64,000 nt of DNA from Macrostomum lignano (lineage: Eukaryota), in contig NIVC01000013.1 of NCBI GenBank assembly GCA_002269645.1, positions 682,001-746,000 of the forward strand. The letters are read 5' to 3'. The notes under the pieces were generated by a model. That model saw only the letters and a program-made list of their open reading frames with translations, was not told the DNA's origin and made no database searches. Below are positions 1 to 10,571 of this stretch, in pieces; the stretch's first letter is position 1; the number at the start of each line of letters is the position of its first letter. A program made the position numbers and the translations under genes.

Positions 1-969
1 TGGTAGGTCGTGAAGTCTGTTATTTTACACGTAGCGAGACAGGCATCAACAGTTTGTTTGTTGTGAACAAACACTCGCACAAGGTGAGTGGGCTCATTGT
101 TGCGTTTGGCGATTATGCGGCTGACAGAGATTACTCTCAAACCTGCGTTCTCCTGCAGATGCCGCTTAAAGTCACCGGCCTCGACCTCCGGTGGTACGCC
201 GCGCACCACAAAGGAGTGGACCGCCTGGGTCACCGGTCGCTGCTGCACGGTAGGTCTAGGTCGTAGGTCGGGTCGAGCTCTCGGAAGCCGCCTCGTCACC
301 GGCCCCCCGACAAACTGGGGCTCACGCAGGGGCCCACGCAAGAAAATTTGGTGGTCCTGCGGAGTGGCCGGGAAGACAAAGAAGCCGTCTTCCTGCGAGA
401 GCTTCCTGGTAAGTGTGGCCCGGGCCGACCCTTGAAAGTTGGCCGCGAGCCACCTGAGAAAGTCAATTTGGCTTGCCTCAGCCACAATGTTGAATACTAT
501 CGGTACCACATTATTGTTGCCCCTGTTATTATTAGGCCGTGGTCCTTCCGCTCTTGGAGCTGCCGCCGTGGCAGCATAGGAACGGCGATAGCCGCCCCGC
601 CGCGCACCGACATTTCCGCCGTCGTTGCGCTGGGCTAGAGGGCCGCCGGGACCGCAGGGCCGGACGCGCCGGCCGCCCCGCGATCTGGCTGCCCAGTTCC
701 CGCTGCTGTCCGGGGGCCCGGCGCAGCCAGGCTGGTGCACGCCCCGCCACCGCCAGGCCCTTCCCCGTCGTGTGCAGCTGCTGTTTGGGTTGTGCCTCCG
801 CGTCCCGACGTGGCACTGCCAGGTGGGTGGGTTACTCGAAACGTGAGCGAGATACGAACCCCTTCCTGCATGCGCACCGCCGGGACGCTGTGCTGGCATC
901 TGCGCTGACACCCGCCTGCCATGACAATGACTGAGCCTGGCTCGGTTTTGAAGCGCCCTATGATTCGAT
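1..969 (-). CDS. Non-LTR retrotransposon ORF1-like (gag/RRM-like) region; frame open through the left window edge, so absent from the ORF track
   Basis: My translation of the minus frame has no stop from 969 to 1: ...GARRGGYRRSYAATAAAPRAEGPRPNNNRGNNNVVPIVFNIVAEASQIDFLRWLAANF...QAVHSFVVRGVPPEVEAGDFKRHLQENAGLRVISVSRIIAKRNNEPTHLVRVFVHNKQTVDACLATCKITDFTTY. The SYAA linker and the VVRGVP...L...G..V..V.RI.....PT.LV.V pattern are typical of RRM-like ORF1 domains in I/Jockey/R1-group LINEs (recognised by eye). Confidence 0.7.
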
Positions 970-1400
970 GGTCACTATTACGCCGGACAAGGAAGCTCCG
1001 CACCGCCCCAAGCGACACTGTGGCAATATACGGGTCAGTGCCTAGCTCGGGCTCGTTGTCTGCGTAATACGGTATCATGTCGTCGGCTGTTTCATAAAAA
1101 TTGATAAGGCACGAGTTGAATTTCGGCATGCCGAGGTCAGCGTTGATTTCCAGGAAATCCCGCAGGTCCTCGACAGCCGGGTGCCATGCTTGATTAGGTT
1201 CTAACGGTACACCGGAATAGGAGTAGTTTGGGCCATACCATACTACTCTGCGCTGCTCTTGCGGCCGGTGCCTAATAGCTTTCGGCAGTCGGCGATGAGG
1301 CAGTCGTAGAGCTGCTGGGAGACCGATTCAAGTAGTTTTGGGTAGTACTCTAGTACAACGTCGCCATGATGCTGAATATTCTCCCCGGATCGGTCTGGGT
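635..1400 (-). pseudogene. AlkB-family 2OG-Fe(II) dioxygenase domain, ALKBH2/ALKBH3-like; frameshifted, first Fe-ligand His replaced by Tyr
   Basis: Joined translation: GDVVLEYYPKLLESVSQQLYDCLIADCRKLLGTGRK[1-nt shift near 1258-1262]EQRRVVWYGPNYSYSGVPLEPNQAWHPAVEDLRDFLE...FNSCLINFYETADDMIPYYADNEPELGTDPYIATVSLGAVRSF...GSVIVMAGGCQRRCQHSVPAVRMQEGVRISLTFR. It has the WYG, FNSxLxNxY, (H>Y)xDxE, HSVP and RxSLTFR motifs of ALKBH2/3. Confidence 0.9.
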
Positions 1401-1941
1401 GAACTGGGAAGCCGATGGGATTATGAAGATAGTTTGCTGAATCCGCATTGACCTCGCTGTCCGCAACGTCATTACTATTTGATGTGTCGGATACTTCAGA
1501 TGCCGCAGCTGACTCGGGATCAGGGGCCACAGTACCTGGGTCATCAGCAACCTGGCCGGGTTCCTCTAGTACTGTATCAGAGCCACTTGATGTTGAGGCA
1601 TCCGAGTCGGCTGGGATCTTAACGATCTCAGATTGAACATTGACCGCCGGGTTTGCTAGCACCGGCGAATCGGGAGCCGATGAATGGTCAGACCCAGGTG
1701 TAAGCGTGCTCGGTGCAAGGGGCGGTGTCGTCTTGCTGGACGGGCCAACGGAGGAGCGCCGCCTTTGGGCCGGAGGCACAGATACTCGGCTCATCGTGCC
1801 TCTACTAATTGCTACAACCGAAGAAGATGCACCGGCAGTATTGCTGTTTGACGACCAGTCCGAGGACTGGCGGTTGTTCGCTCTCTTACTCGGCGGCTCA
1901 ACTGCGCCAGCCGATTTTTGGTAGGTTGGTAGTTTAGACAT
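1243..1941 (-). CDS. Ser/Asp/Ala-rich low-complexity N-terminus of the AlkB-containing ORF
   Basis: 232-aa ORF starting at ATG 1941. Its last ~45 aa are the start of the AlkB domain, and it is preceded by AT-rich sequence. Confidence 0.55.
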   Translation of the reverse strand: MSKLPTYQKSAGAVEPPSKRANNRQSSDWSSNSNTAGASSSVVAISRGTMSRVSVPPAQRRRSSVGPSSKTTPPLAPSTLTPGSDHSSAPDSPVLANPAVNVQSEIVKIPADSDASTSSGSDTVLEEPGQVADDPGTVAPDPESAAASEVSDTSNSNDVADSEVNADSANYLHNPIGFPVHPDRSGENIQHHGDVVLEYYPKLLESVSQQLYDCLIADCRKLLGTGRKSSAE

Positions 1942-2599
1942 GCCTAATAAGATAAATATTAAAACTTATTTTTTGGTGTAACCTATGGGGCAAAAAGCAA
2001 GTTAACACCTTTTCAATATTTATTTTATTTCAAGAGGAAGATTGGAAAGCTGCTCAACAACAATTTAATAAATAATATTGATGTATTACAGACCGTCTTT
2101 GTTGTTAAACGGGGTTGAAAAGCCTAGGGGCTTCTGGCAATCAATGGCCAGATAAAAGCAGGGGATAAAACCGCGCTGGGATGCCAGCCCAGAAAAAAAG
2201 AATGGCAGAAAGGAGGAGCACCTGAACCCAACCTAGCAGGCCTGCTACTTAACCTGCTGCCCGGGGCTCAGCCTCAGGGCTGGCATCAACTAGGCTCTAC
2301 CGTACACCTTCGTGAATGGTCATTCTTTCCTGCAGGGCGGGTACTACCGGGGGGCTCAAGTCCAGTTCTAGCCACACTGCAGTCCAGAGTACGCACTAAC
2401 TCCAGGTACACGTCCCTAAACCAAAGCCGAGGGCCGAAATAATTAGAATGAAAAGTAGGGTTATTTTTAGAATGGGCACAGCCCCTCCGGAGCGGACCCT
2501 TAGAAAATTGGGCTAGCCGAAGCCAGGCCAATCGGATTGCGCACAACCCTTAGACAAGCTACCAGAGAGGCAGCCAGGGTAAAAACAGTCAGAGACCGT

Positions 2600-4941
2600 C
2601 TTTGTTGTTGTTAAACGAGGGTGGGGAGCCGGTGGCAACCCGCGGATCAGCCCTGAATTGGGCTCTGCCGCTGAGGGGCACTTCCAGGGGCCTAAGCTCC
2701 ACAAAATCGAGCGTCAGTTCTGCACTGCAGTACATTTCAAGGAAAGCCTGGAGAAGCGTGACGAACTTTTGAAGAGCTGTCACGAATTCTCGCGATAGAA
2801 ACATGATCAGCAGGGCTTCGCCCTTGTATCTAACGATCTTGTGTTTCACATGTTTACACATTGTGTAAGCCGAGCCGTCTTCTTGAAGTCGAAAGTAGAC
2901 AGGATCCAGCAGGTGGTACAGGCGTAGAAATCTGTGCGTAATAATTAAGAGCGAAATCGAGTGAAAGCAGTGCAAAAGTACCGTTATGAAACGCAGCTAA
3001 AACTCAGTGTGTCATCTGACAGACTTATTTTTGGTACACTTCGGGTTATTCAATTGACGAGTATTGAGCAAACTGATATACGAATACATCTTACCGGTAC
3101 GAGTCGTACCTCATGTGCTGAAAACACATGTGGTGGAGCTTCAGATTGGCGCCAAATTTTCTTACATCTTGAAGTGTCAATTGCCTGGAGGACACGTCAA
3201 AGTGAATGACGTCTTGAATCTTCTTCTTCAAAGACGAAGATGCGTACAATGCGGCCATCAGTATCCGACACCACTCTGGACCCTGGTCGCGTCGTCGGTC
3301 GTCTTGGCGGAAGCGACGGCTAGCGATGTTGCCTTGTTTGCCGGCGCGCGCGGTCGGATTGCGTAAAATAACCAAATTTGACTCCAGGAGCTCCTTGCTG
3401 CAATGAAGCTCCTCAAGAAGCTGCTTTGAGGTGGTGGAAGGTCGCAGTTCGACTTCTAGAAGAGCCTAGGCGAGCCACCGCAAGGTTAGTAGTTGCAGTT
3501 GTGAGCTCTTTCCACCGACCCACCACAAAGCTGTTTCCTCAAGGATGTCTAGATCAAACAGGCCGGGAAGATAAATATCACGGCCAAGACCTGCTGCAAT
3601 GCCCCGCCACATCATGTCGAGACGAGACAGCCTTGTCTCCGGAGCTTTGACAGCCGAAACATTTTCGGATGTTTCCAGCTCTTCCTTCCTTACCGGCTCC
3701 ACGCGGATGTCTCGGCCTACGCCAAAGTCGCTGCGGTAGAAACCGGTATCTCTCTTTAGAAAACGAAATAGCTTTTCTCGACGATCGGAGTCTTCCACCT
3801 TTGTCAGCCTTGTCGGATGGACGGTGTTAAATGGCTTCAGCCAGTACGAAAAACTGACTTGGATTTTCCAAAGAATGCTAAATAGTGGCTCTCGCATCTT
3901 GATGTCATGGACGATGGTATACGATGCCACATCGAGGTAATGGTATCTTTCACCATGACTTCCGAAACAGTTTCTTCAGCAACCAATGAACCAGTCCCAG
4001 ATAGCACTGATGTAGTAGACACGGAGGACACCCATGAGTATTGTCGAATCCGTCTAACTGGTCCAACACTGACACCTCCATGACTCCAAGGTAGTTATCT
4101 TTGCCAGTCGGGATGTTACGCGCCAGTAGGTGCGTGTCGTAAAGGCTACGAGCGGTAGGTGTTATACAACCGGCTGCGCTGGCTAGCGCGGCCCCCTCTT
4201 CATGGCCACGAACTGGATACTGTTTGGCGCCCAAGCACCTCTGAGTTTGCACATAGCAATTATCGCAGCCGAACTCTGCGTTGTGACGCTTCAGACCCAT
4301 AACCTCAGCCCTCTGTGGGGCGTCTAAAACAAAGAGATACGGGTGCAGGCGAAGCAGACGCATCACCTCCGGGGCCAACACCAGTGCTGTAAACGATACC
4401 GGTAGACCGGAGCTGGTTTAGCTCTCTGACCAGACAGGGAAGAAATGCTGAAGCTTTCACATTAGATTTGGAGGCCGCAGATGACAATGAAGCGCGATTT
4501 TATGGCTTCATGCACCTCGTTAATGCTCAGGAAAACCGGGCACATTTCCATCAGGGCGTCGTCAAACGCATGAAATCCATCTATGTTTACAGTGTAGGAC
4601 AAATCCTGCTTAAAGTGTCGGTATTCGTCACAGTTGGATATGGACATAAAATTGCGTCCATAGTCTGATGGTTGAACTGGGAATGTTACATTCTGCAGCA
4701 AACGGCAGTTTTCAATGAGCTGCAAGATTTGCCTCTTAAAGTCGGTTTGAAAAATTTTGGGTACATTTGTTGGTGATAGTGTGCCGTTACACTACGGACA
4801 GTTCTGTCGGCTTTGCACCTACGCGGAAGGGACCTCAGCGCTACAGGAAGAGCAGAACATCTGGGGCGCCAACTTAAAGTCGTTTACGAACCCTTCAACG
4901 GATTTGCGCAGCCTGCACACGGTGTGAGGGAAGATGCTACC
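2600..4941 (-). pseudogene. CACTA/EnSpm (CMC) family transposase, 3' part; multiple frameshifts and stops
   Basis: Family motifs occur in order: FCSSC...CP*C; LSYTVNIDGF...CPVFLSINE; FLPCLVRELNQLRSTGI; LDAPQRAEVMGLKRHNAEFGCDNC; LLHQCYLGLVHWLL; FVTLLQAFLEMY; degenerate VEL(R)PL. In-frame TAG at 4819 and 4792; frame changes near 4470 and 4385. Confidence 0.85.
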
Positions 4942-4954
4942 GGGTCCATGAGAA

Positions 4955-5510
4955 ATGCCCGCAGACAAATTGCCCGCCGAGATTTGCCCGCAGGAGATTT
5001 GCCCGCGGAGATTTGCCCGCCGAGCTTTTCCTGCCGAGATTTGCCCGCAGTGCAATTTGCCCGCAAAAGATTTGCCCGCAGGGGGTTTGCCCGCCGAGCT
5101 TTTCCCGCCGTAATTTGCCCGCAATGCAATCTGCCCGCGAGTGAATTGCCCGCCGAGATTTGCCCGCCGAGATTTGCCCGCGGTGATTTGCCCGCCCGCG
5201 AGCGAATTGCCCGCCGAGATTTGCCCGCGAGCGATTTGCCCGCCGAGATTTGCCCGCGAGCGATTTGCCCGCCGAGATTTGCCCGCGAGCGATTTGCCCG
5301 CCGAGATTTGCCGCGAGCGATTTGCCCGCCGAGATTTGCCCGCGAGCGATTTGCCCGCCGAGATTTGCCCGAGCGATTTGCCCGCCGAGATTTGCCCGCG
5401 AGCGATTTGCCCGCCGAGATTTGCCCGCGAGCGATTTGCCCGCCGAGATTTGCCCGCGAGCGATTTGCCCGCCGAGATTTGCCCGCGAGCGATTTGCCCG
5501 CCGAGATTTC
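4955..5510. repeat. Array of ~11-bp GATTTGCCCGC units inside the left MULE TIR
   Basis: Visible tandem array. An inverted, shorter copy lies at ~9670-9940 in the right TIR. Confidence 0.95.
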
Positions 5511-5605
5511 CGCAATGCTTTTTCCTTTAGTGCTGCATTTACTCGTACATGTAGCCTCGCGAGTAGCGACAGATTTGCCTGCATTGCGTTTTGTCAACAC
5601 CCAAT

Positions 5606-5842
5606 GCTAAGTAATGTCATTTTTAATAAAAATATTTAGCCAATCAAATTGCTCCTAATGTCATTTTGCTAAGTAATGTCATTTTTAATAAAAATATTTA
5701 GCCAATCAAATTGCTCCTAATGTCATTTTGCTAAGTAATGTCATTTTTAATAAAAATATTTAGCCAATCAAATTGCTCCTAATGTCATTTTGCTAAGTAA
5801 TGTCATTTTTAATAAAAATATTTAGCCAATCAAATTGCTCCT
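5606..5842. repeat. 62-bp tandem repeat (4 copies) in the left MULE TIR; single copy in the right TIR
   Basis: GCTAAGTAATG starts at 5606, 5668, 5730 and 5792. Confidence 0.95.
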
Positions 5843-6879
5843 GTAGTATACATGTAACTGTATTTCAAATTTCTCTATGCAGATTTTTCTTGTGGGAGAA
5901 GTTTTCATTTCTATAGCGGCACATCAGTGAGCCACATATATTCTATGTAGCTAATGCCCCCCTAGACTAGAGCATGCTCGATGCAATTTTTGGCGCCGCA
6001 GTTGAGATTTTTTCGTGGAAAATGAAAAAAACTAAAAAACTAAAATTCCTTTTGCAACAACTTTTCCACAAATGTGTCTTGTCAATGGAGGAAAGAATAG
6101 AATGGAGTGCTAATCTGAGCCAGTTATTTTTATCTCGCTTGATCTTAACTTTTAACATCCCTTTCCCCCCGTTCATTTCTATTGGCTGAAAGCATATTTT
6201 GATGCGAGCTCATACTATGCTGGGACAGACCTTTCAGAGGGGAACGAAAGCGAAAACGAGACGAAAAATATTTTGTCTATGGCAGTCACGAGCCAATGTA
6301 TGTAGCATACATGTATTAGCTATAATAGTAAAAATGTAGTGAGAAAAGACAGAATACAGTAGAGCTGCTGCTAATTGGGACAAAACAAACATTTTCTACG
6401 CAAAATTGTAATTATTATTTAAACAAAGTAACCGTCGAATACCGTTAAGTGAAATTTTTATAACATGCAAAAATGACAAGGAGATTTATCATTTAATTAA
6501 TTTAGTAGTTTATCATATATTTGTAAGTAGCTTTACTTAATGATAAATCTCCTTAAGTTACAGTACATGTAGTTGAAATTAATGCTGCTATTGAAAATAT
6601 AAGTGTATTATTGCATTCATATAGATGATAGAGGAAATAAGACAGTAGTAGACAGTGGGTATTATCAGATATATATATATATAAAACACACAATTTATAA
6701 TCAAGTGTCAACAATGGGCCAAGGAAAAAAAACAATCGCATCATGTGCATGTAAGCCATATAGGTCAATGTCAACTTAAAATTAATGAATGATAAAATCA
6801 ATTAAACAGGCAGTAGTGTCATAGATGTCATAGTGTCATAGGTGTCAAAGATTTCGATTTTAGTTTAACTCCTACCATA

Positions 6880-7055
6880 CAGTGGCGCAGCCAGGGGGGC
6901 CTGTCTCCTTCCCCTCGAAATTTACCCCCCCCCTAATTCTGGAGAAAAAATTGCTGCTCCCCCTGAAATTCTGGAGAAAAAACCCCGCCCTCCTATACCC
7001 CCTCCTCCGGGTGTTGAATGCCCCCCCCACGAAAAAATTTCTGGCTGCGCCACTG
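6880..7055. mobile_element. hAT-family MITE inserted in the MULE
   Basis: Perfect 15-bp TIR CAGTGGCGCAGCCAG (6880-6894 / 7041-7055). 8-bp TSD CTACCATA at 6872-6879 and 7056-7063. Confidence 0.9.
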
Positions 7056-7410
7056 CTACCATAATTCTTCTCACTTCTTATTTGCCTCAGAATGAATAGG
7101 GAATAGAAAAAGACACAATGAGTTAAAATGAAATTTGAATTTTAAAAACTTGAATTTCTACTTTCATCATTCTAATTTATGTTCTGTTGGGATTTTGTGA
7201 TTTGAATGTTAGGGCACCAACACTAAAAGTTGTTTCCATAGACGGTTTCTGTAAAATCTCAAGCATTAAAATTGGAGTCCTGATAGGGTATAACAAACTA
7301 AGTTAAATTCATTTTGCAACTTAGTAAAATGTAAACTAAACATCTAATAGATATAGTCAGAATTGGAAACTAGTTAACTGCACGTCCAATTCAATTACAA
7401 TCGTTGCGAC

Positions 7411-8876
7411 TCACTTCTTCAAATGATGAGCGATGCCCCTTAGAAATGAACGCAAAGGGAAGTTCGCGGGCAGACCTCCACCTTCACCATTCCTGCGTTG
7501 CGTGACTTCAAGAACCATATCGTCGTTCTGGGCGTACTTTGTCTTCTTCTTAGGAGTTTCACCGGCAGCAGCTCTGGCAATCAATAGTGAATGATGGTCG
7601 ACTTCTTTCTTGAGTTCGTTGATAAGCCGAAACAAATTCGGATTGCTGCAGCCCAGAATTGACTGAAGCCTTCTGTGCCAGGCTTCAACGGAGTTGTTGG
7701 TACGATGCAGTCCATTCAGGGTTCGCTCACGAACGTTCCAGATTGAAGGCGCGAATCGTGGCTGCCGTCTTCTTCCATTAGGTAGCCTCCGACCAATCCA
7801 CTGTGCCTCGAAGTAGTCAGCAGTCGAAATCATGGCCTCAGGGAAGTCGGGAAGCATTATCAACTGATCAAACGCAGCAGGAACGCTATTGAGAGGAACA
7901 AACGCCAGTGCTGAAAGGGAGCGAAGTCAGAGTGACATTTCGCCATCCTCTTCTTCAAGTTGGCCTTTTAACCCTTCAGCAACCGCCCTTCTATAAACGC
8001 ACTGAACAAGGTGAAATAGACAGCCTGTTGGCTCAACGCTAAAGACCTGCTGAACTGCGTTCATATTAGCTCGCTCAAAATCTGACATCCAGCGAATTGG
8101 TCTAATATTTGGCGCTAATTGAAGGATAGCCTCGTAAAGTCGACAATAAGTTGCCTCATTCTTGTTGGGTAGTAAAGCATAGATAAGGGGCCTCACGAAG
8201 CGTTGAATTTCAGCATGGACTGTCACTAGCTGAGCAAAAAGTGGTGGTGAAGCGTCAAATGTGCCATCGGAAAAAAGTCGGTAGCTCCTTGCAAAGCATG
8301 GAGGCTTTCTTCACTACCAAATAATAAAATTCGGTTGTTGTTTTGTCCAGAGTCGTACAGCAAAAATGGTGCACCATTATGCAGACGAAACTCATCTGGT
8401 ATGATGAGCTCGGCAAGGGTGGCCAGCTGTACTGGGAGACCCTGATGGGTCTGTCGAACGTCTTGAACTAGCCGCTTTAGAGTACTCTGGGTTGGAAGGG
8501 CTACGCCAGCAGATTCAGATAACCCATTTGTGTGCTCCGTAACTATATTCGCAGTCGAATTGACGGTGTTTCTGGCATCCGACTTTATCATCCTAATTGC
8601 TTCCAAAACTTGGAACTGAGAACCATCTGGTCCGTGATTGTGGACGTTCAACTGTCGAATTTTAAGACCATTTCGGATGTGAATTCGGGCCGGACAGGGT
8701 CCTAGACGCCGCTCTTCGCACTGCCAGAAGCTTACTTCTATATCGACCGCGCTGGCTCGTTCGAATGTATAATAATATCCTTCGCATGCTGCTTTACGTT
8801 TGCCACGATTTGTTGCACTAAATCGCACAGCGATCGGAGGAGCTTCCATATTATTTGTCAATAGCAAGTTGAGCAA
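7411..8876 (-). pseudogene. MULE transposase with N-terminal FLYWCH zinc finger; one frameshift and one in-frame stop
   Basis: FLYWCH: GYYYTF...FWQCEERRLGPCPARIH...HNHGP. Catalytic core: TDFF[shift in T6 run ~8270]DGTFDASPPLFAQLVTVH...YALLPNKNEATY...MSDFERANMNAVQQVF...GCLFHLVQC...EMSL*LRSLSALAFVP (TGA at 7927-7929)...YFEAQW...RTNNSVEAWHRRL. Confidence 0.93.
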
Positions 8877-9952
8877 TCAAATAGATTCAGTTAATTCCAG
8901 AATCCAGACAAACTATTTATTGGGCTTATATACTTGTAAGAAGGCAATCAATAAAAGCCCAAACAGCTATAGCTTAAGGAGAGGACGAGACCCATACGGT
9001 TTTTATTACCATAGGGTGATCGACTTTAGAAAAAGGGGTGGGGGTATGGGCCTCTGTGGGTAAGGTGGTCTGTGCTGGGGCAGAGGGCCTAGGGAACACC
9101 AGCCCAGCGGGGCAATCTTAGTAGGCAGAGGGAAGAGGGAAAGTGTACATTGACAATGTACAATGAGCGCCGAACACTCAACATTGGATAAGGACAAGAA
9201 AGCAATCTTCTGACCTTGATCTTGGATGGGTTTTATAACTTTAATACTATCGTAACTTTATAGTATTGATACGAAACGTGACTTGCGGATGGATAAACAG
9301 GTGTATTTCGTGTATGAATCACCTTGTTTTGTGTGTGTCTGTGGTCAGCAAAAGTCGAACTTTGCGACCCAAACGCGGCGCCAAAAATTGCATTGAGCAT
9401 GCTCTAGTCTAGGGGGCTACATAGAATATATGTGGCTCACTGATGTGCCGCTATAGAAATGAAAAATTCTCCCACAAGAAAAATCTGCATAGAGAAATTT
9501 GAATACAGTTACATGTATACTACAGGAGCAATTTTATTGGCTGAATATTTTTATTAAAAATGACATTACTTAGCATTGGGTGTTGACAAAACGCAATGCA
9601 GGCAAATCTGTCGCTACTCGCGAGGCTACATGTACGAGTAAATGCAGCACTAAAGGAAAAAGCATTGCGGAAATCTCGGCGGGCAAATCGCTCGCGGGCA
9701 AATCTCGGCGGGCAAATCGCTCGCGGGCAAATCTCGGCGGGCAATTCGCTCGCGGGCGGGCAAATCACCGCGGGCAAATCTCGGCGGGCAAATCTCGGCG
9801 GGCAATTCACTCGCGGGCAGATTGCATTGCGGGCAAATTACGGCGGGAAAAGCTCGGCGGGCAAACCCCCTGCGGGCAAATCTCCTGCGGGCAAATTGCA
9901 CTGCGGGCATATCTGGGCGGGCAATTTGTCTGCGGGCATTTCTCGTGCTCCC

Positions 9953-10571
9953 GATGCTACCGACAGGCAAAGCGATATCTAGGAGCTTAAGCAGATCAGT
10001 TATTCCTTTTCTGGATAAGGACTGCCGCGTCACTAAACAGTTGGATGTACGCAGCTAAGAAGTTGTGAGTCAATGCAGAGCCAAGAAACACTGCAGCCCC
10101 ATTTCTCCTGCCTGGATGCATGGCGACATCAGCAGCACCAGCATCATCATCAGCATCATCGTCGTCACAGCCACACGGATCTAGATCTTCGGCAGATATA
10201 GGCGCAACGCCCCAATAGTCGCCATCTGGATCAACGACCATGTGCTGTACATCTTCATCATCGGAGTAGTTCGAGCCAACAGGCTCGATTGTCTCCTGCA
10301 TCGTGACACCGCCAGTCTCACTTGGCGCTCCTGCATTGCTGCCCGTTGCTAAATTGCCACTCTCTTCGTCGGGATCCACGACAATAGGCTGCTCATCAGA
10401 TCCAGCTGGCTCCACCGCCCCCGACTGCGTCTGGACACTGCAGGTCTTGTCGGTGACACTGCTGCCGTTAGCCGCACTGCTACCTGACGCCACCGGCTTG
10501 GTCGTACCAGCAGGCTCCACCGCACCCGCATACGCTTGACGACCGTTACCAGTAGCAGCAGGTTTGACATC
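9953..10571 (-). pseudogene. CACTA/EnSpm transposase, 5' part (acidic low-complexity segment plus LSRKGITDLLKLLDIALP motif)
   Basis: Removing 4942-9961 restores the continuous frame ...TDLLKLLDIALPVGSIFPHTVCRLRKSV..., matching the dll.l...lP..n.lP N-terminal motif. Possible splice acceptor (AATAG) at 10572. Confidence 0.75.

Larger units (their letters stand above)
4942..9952 (-). mobile_element. Mutator-like (MULE) DNA transposon with long Foldback-type TIRs
   Basis: 9-bp TSD GATGCTACC at 4933-4941 and 9953-9961. Ends are GGGtcCAtGAGAAATGCCCGC and (reverse complement) GGGagCAcGAGAAATGCCCGC. TIR arms are ~4942-6000 and ~9375-9952, with an internal MULE transposase. Confidence 0.95.

Noticed and set aside
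2394-2410. CACTAACTCC as the left TIR of the CACTA element
   Set aside because: Only ~8 of 10 bases match the 12645 end, and the flanks (ACG vs GGA) give no TSD.
4813-5639. Arg/Ala/Gly-rich ORFs here and at 9520-10058
   Set aside because: Read-through of the MULE TIR arrays on both strands.
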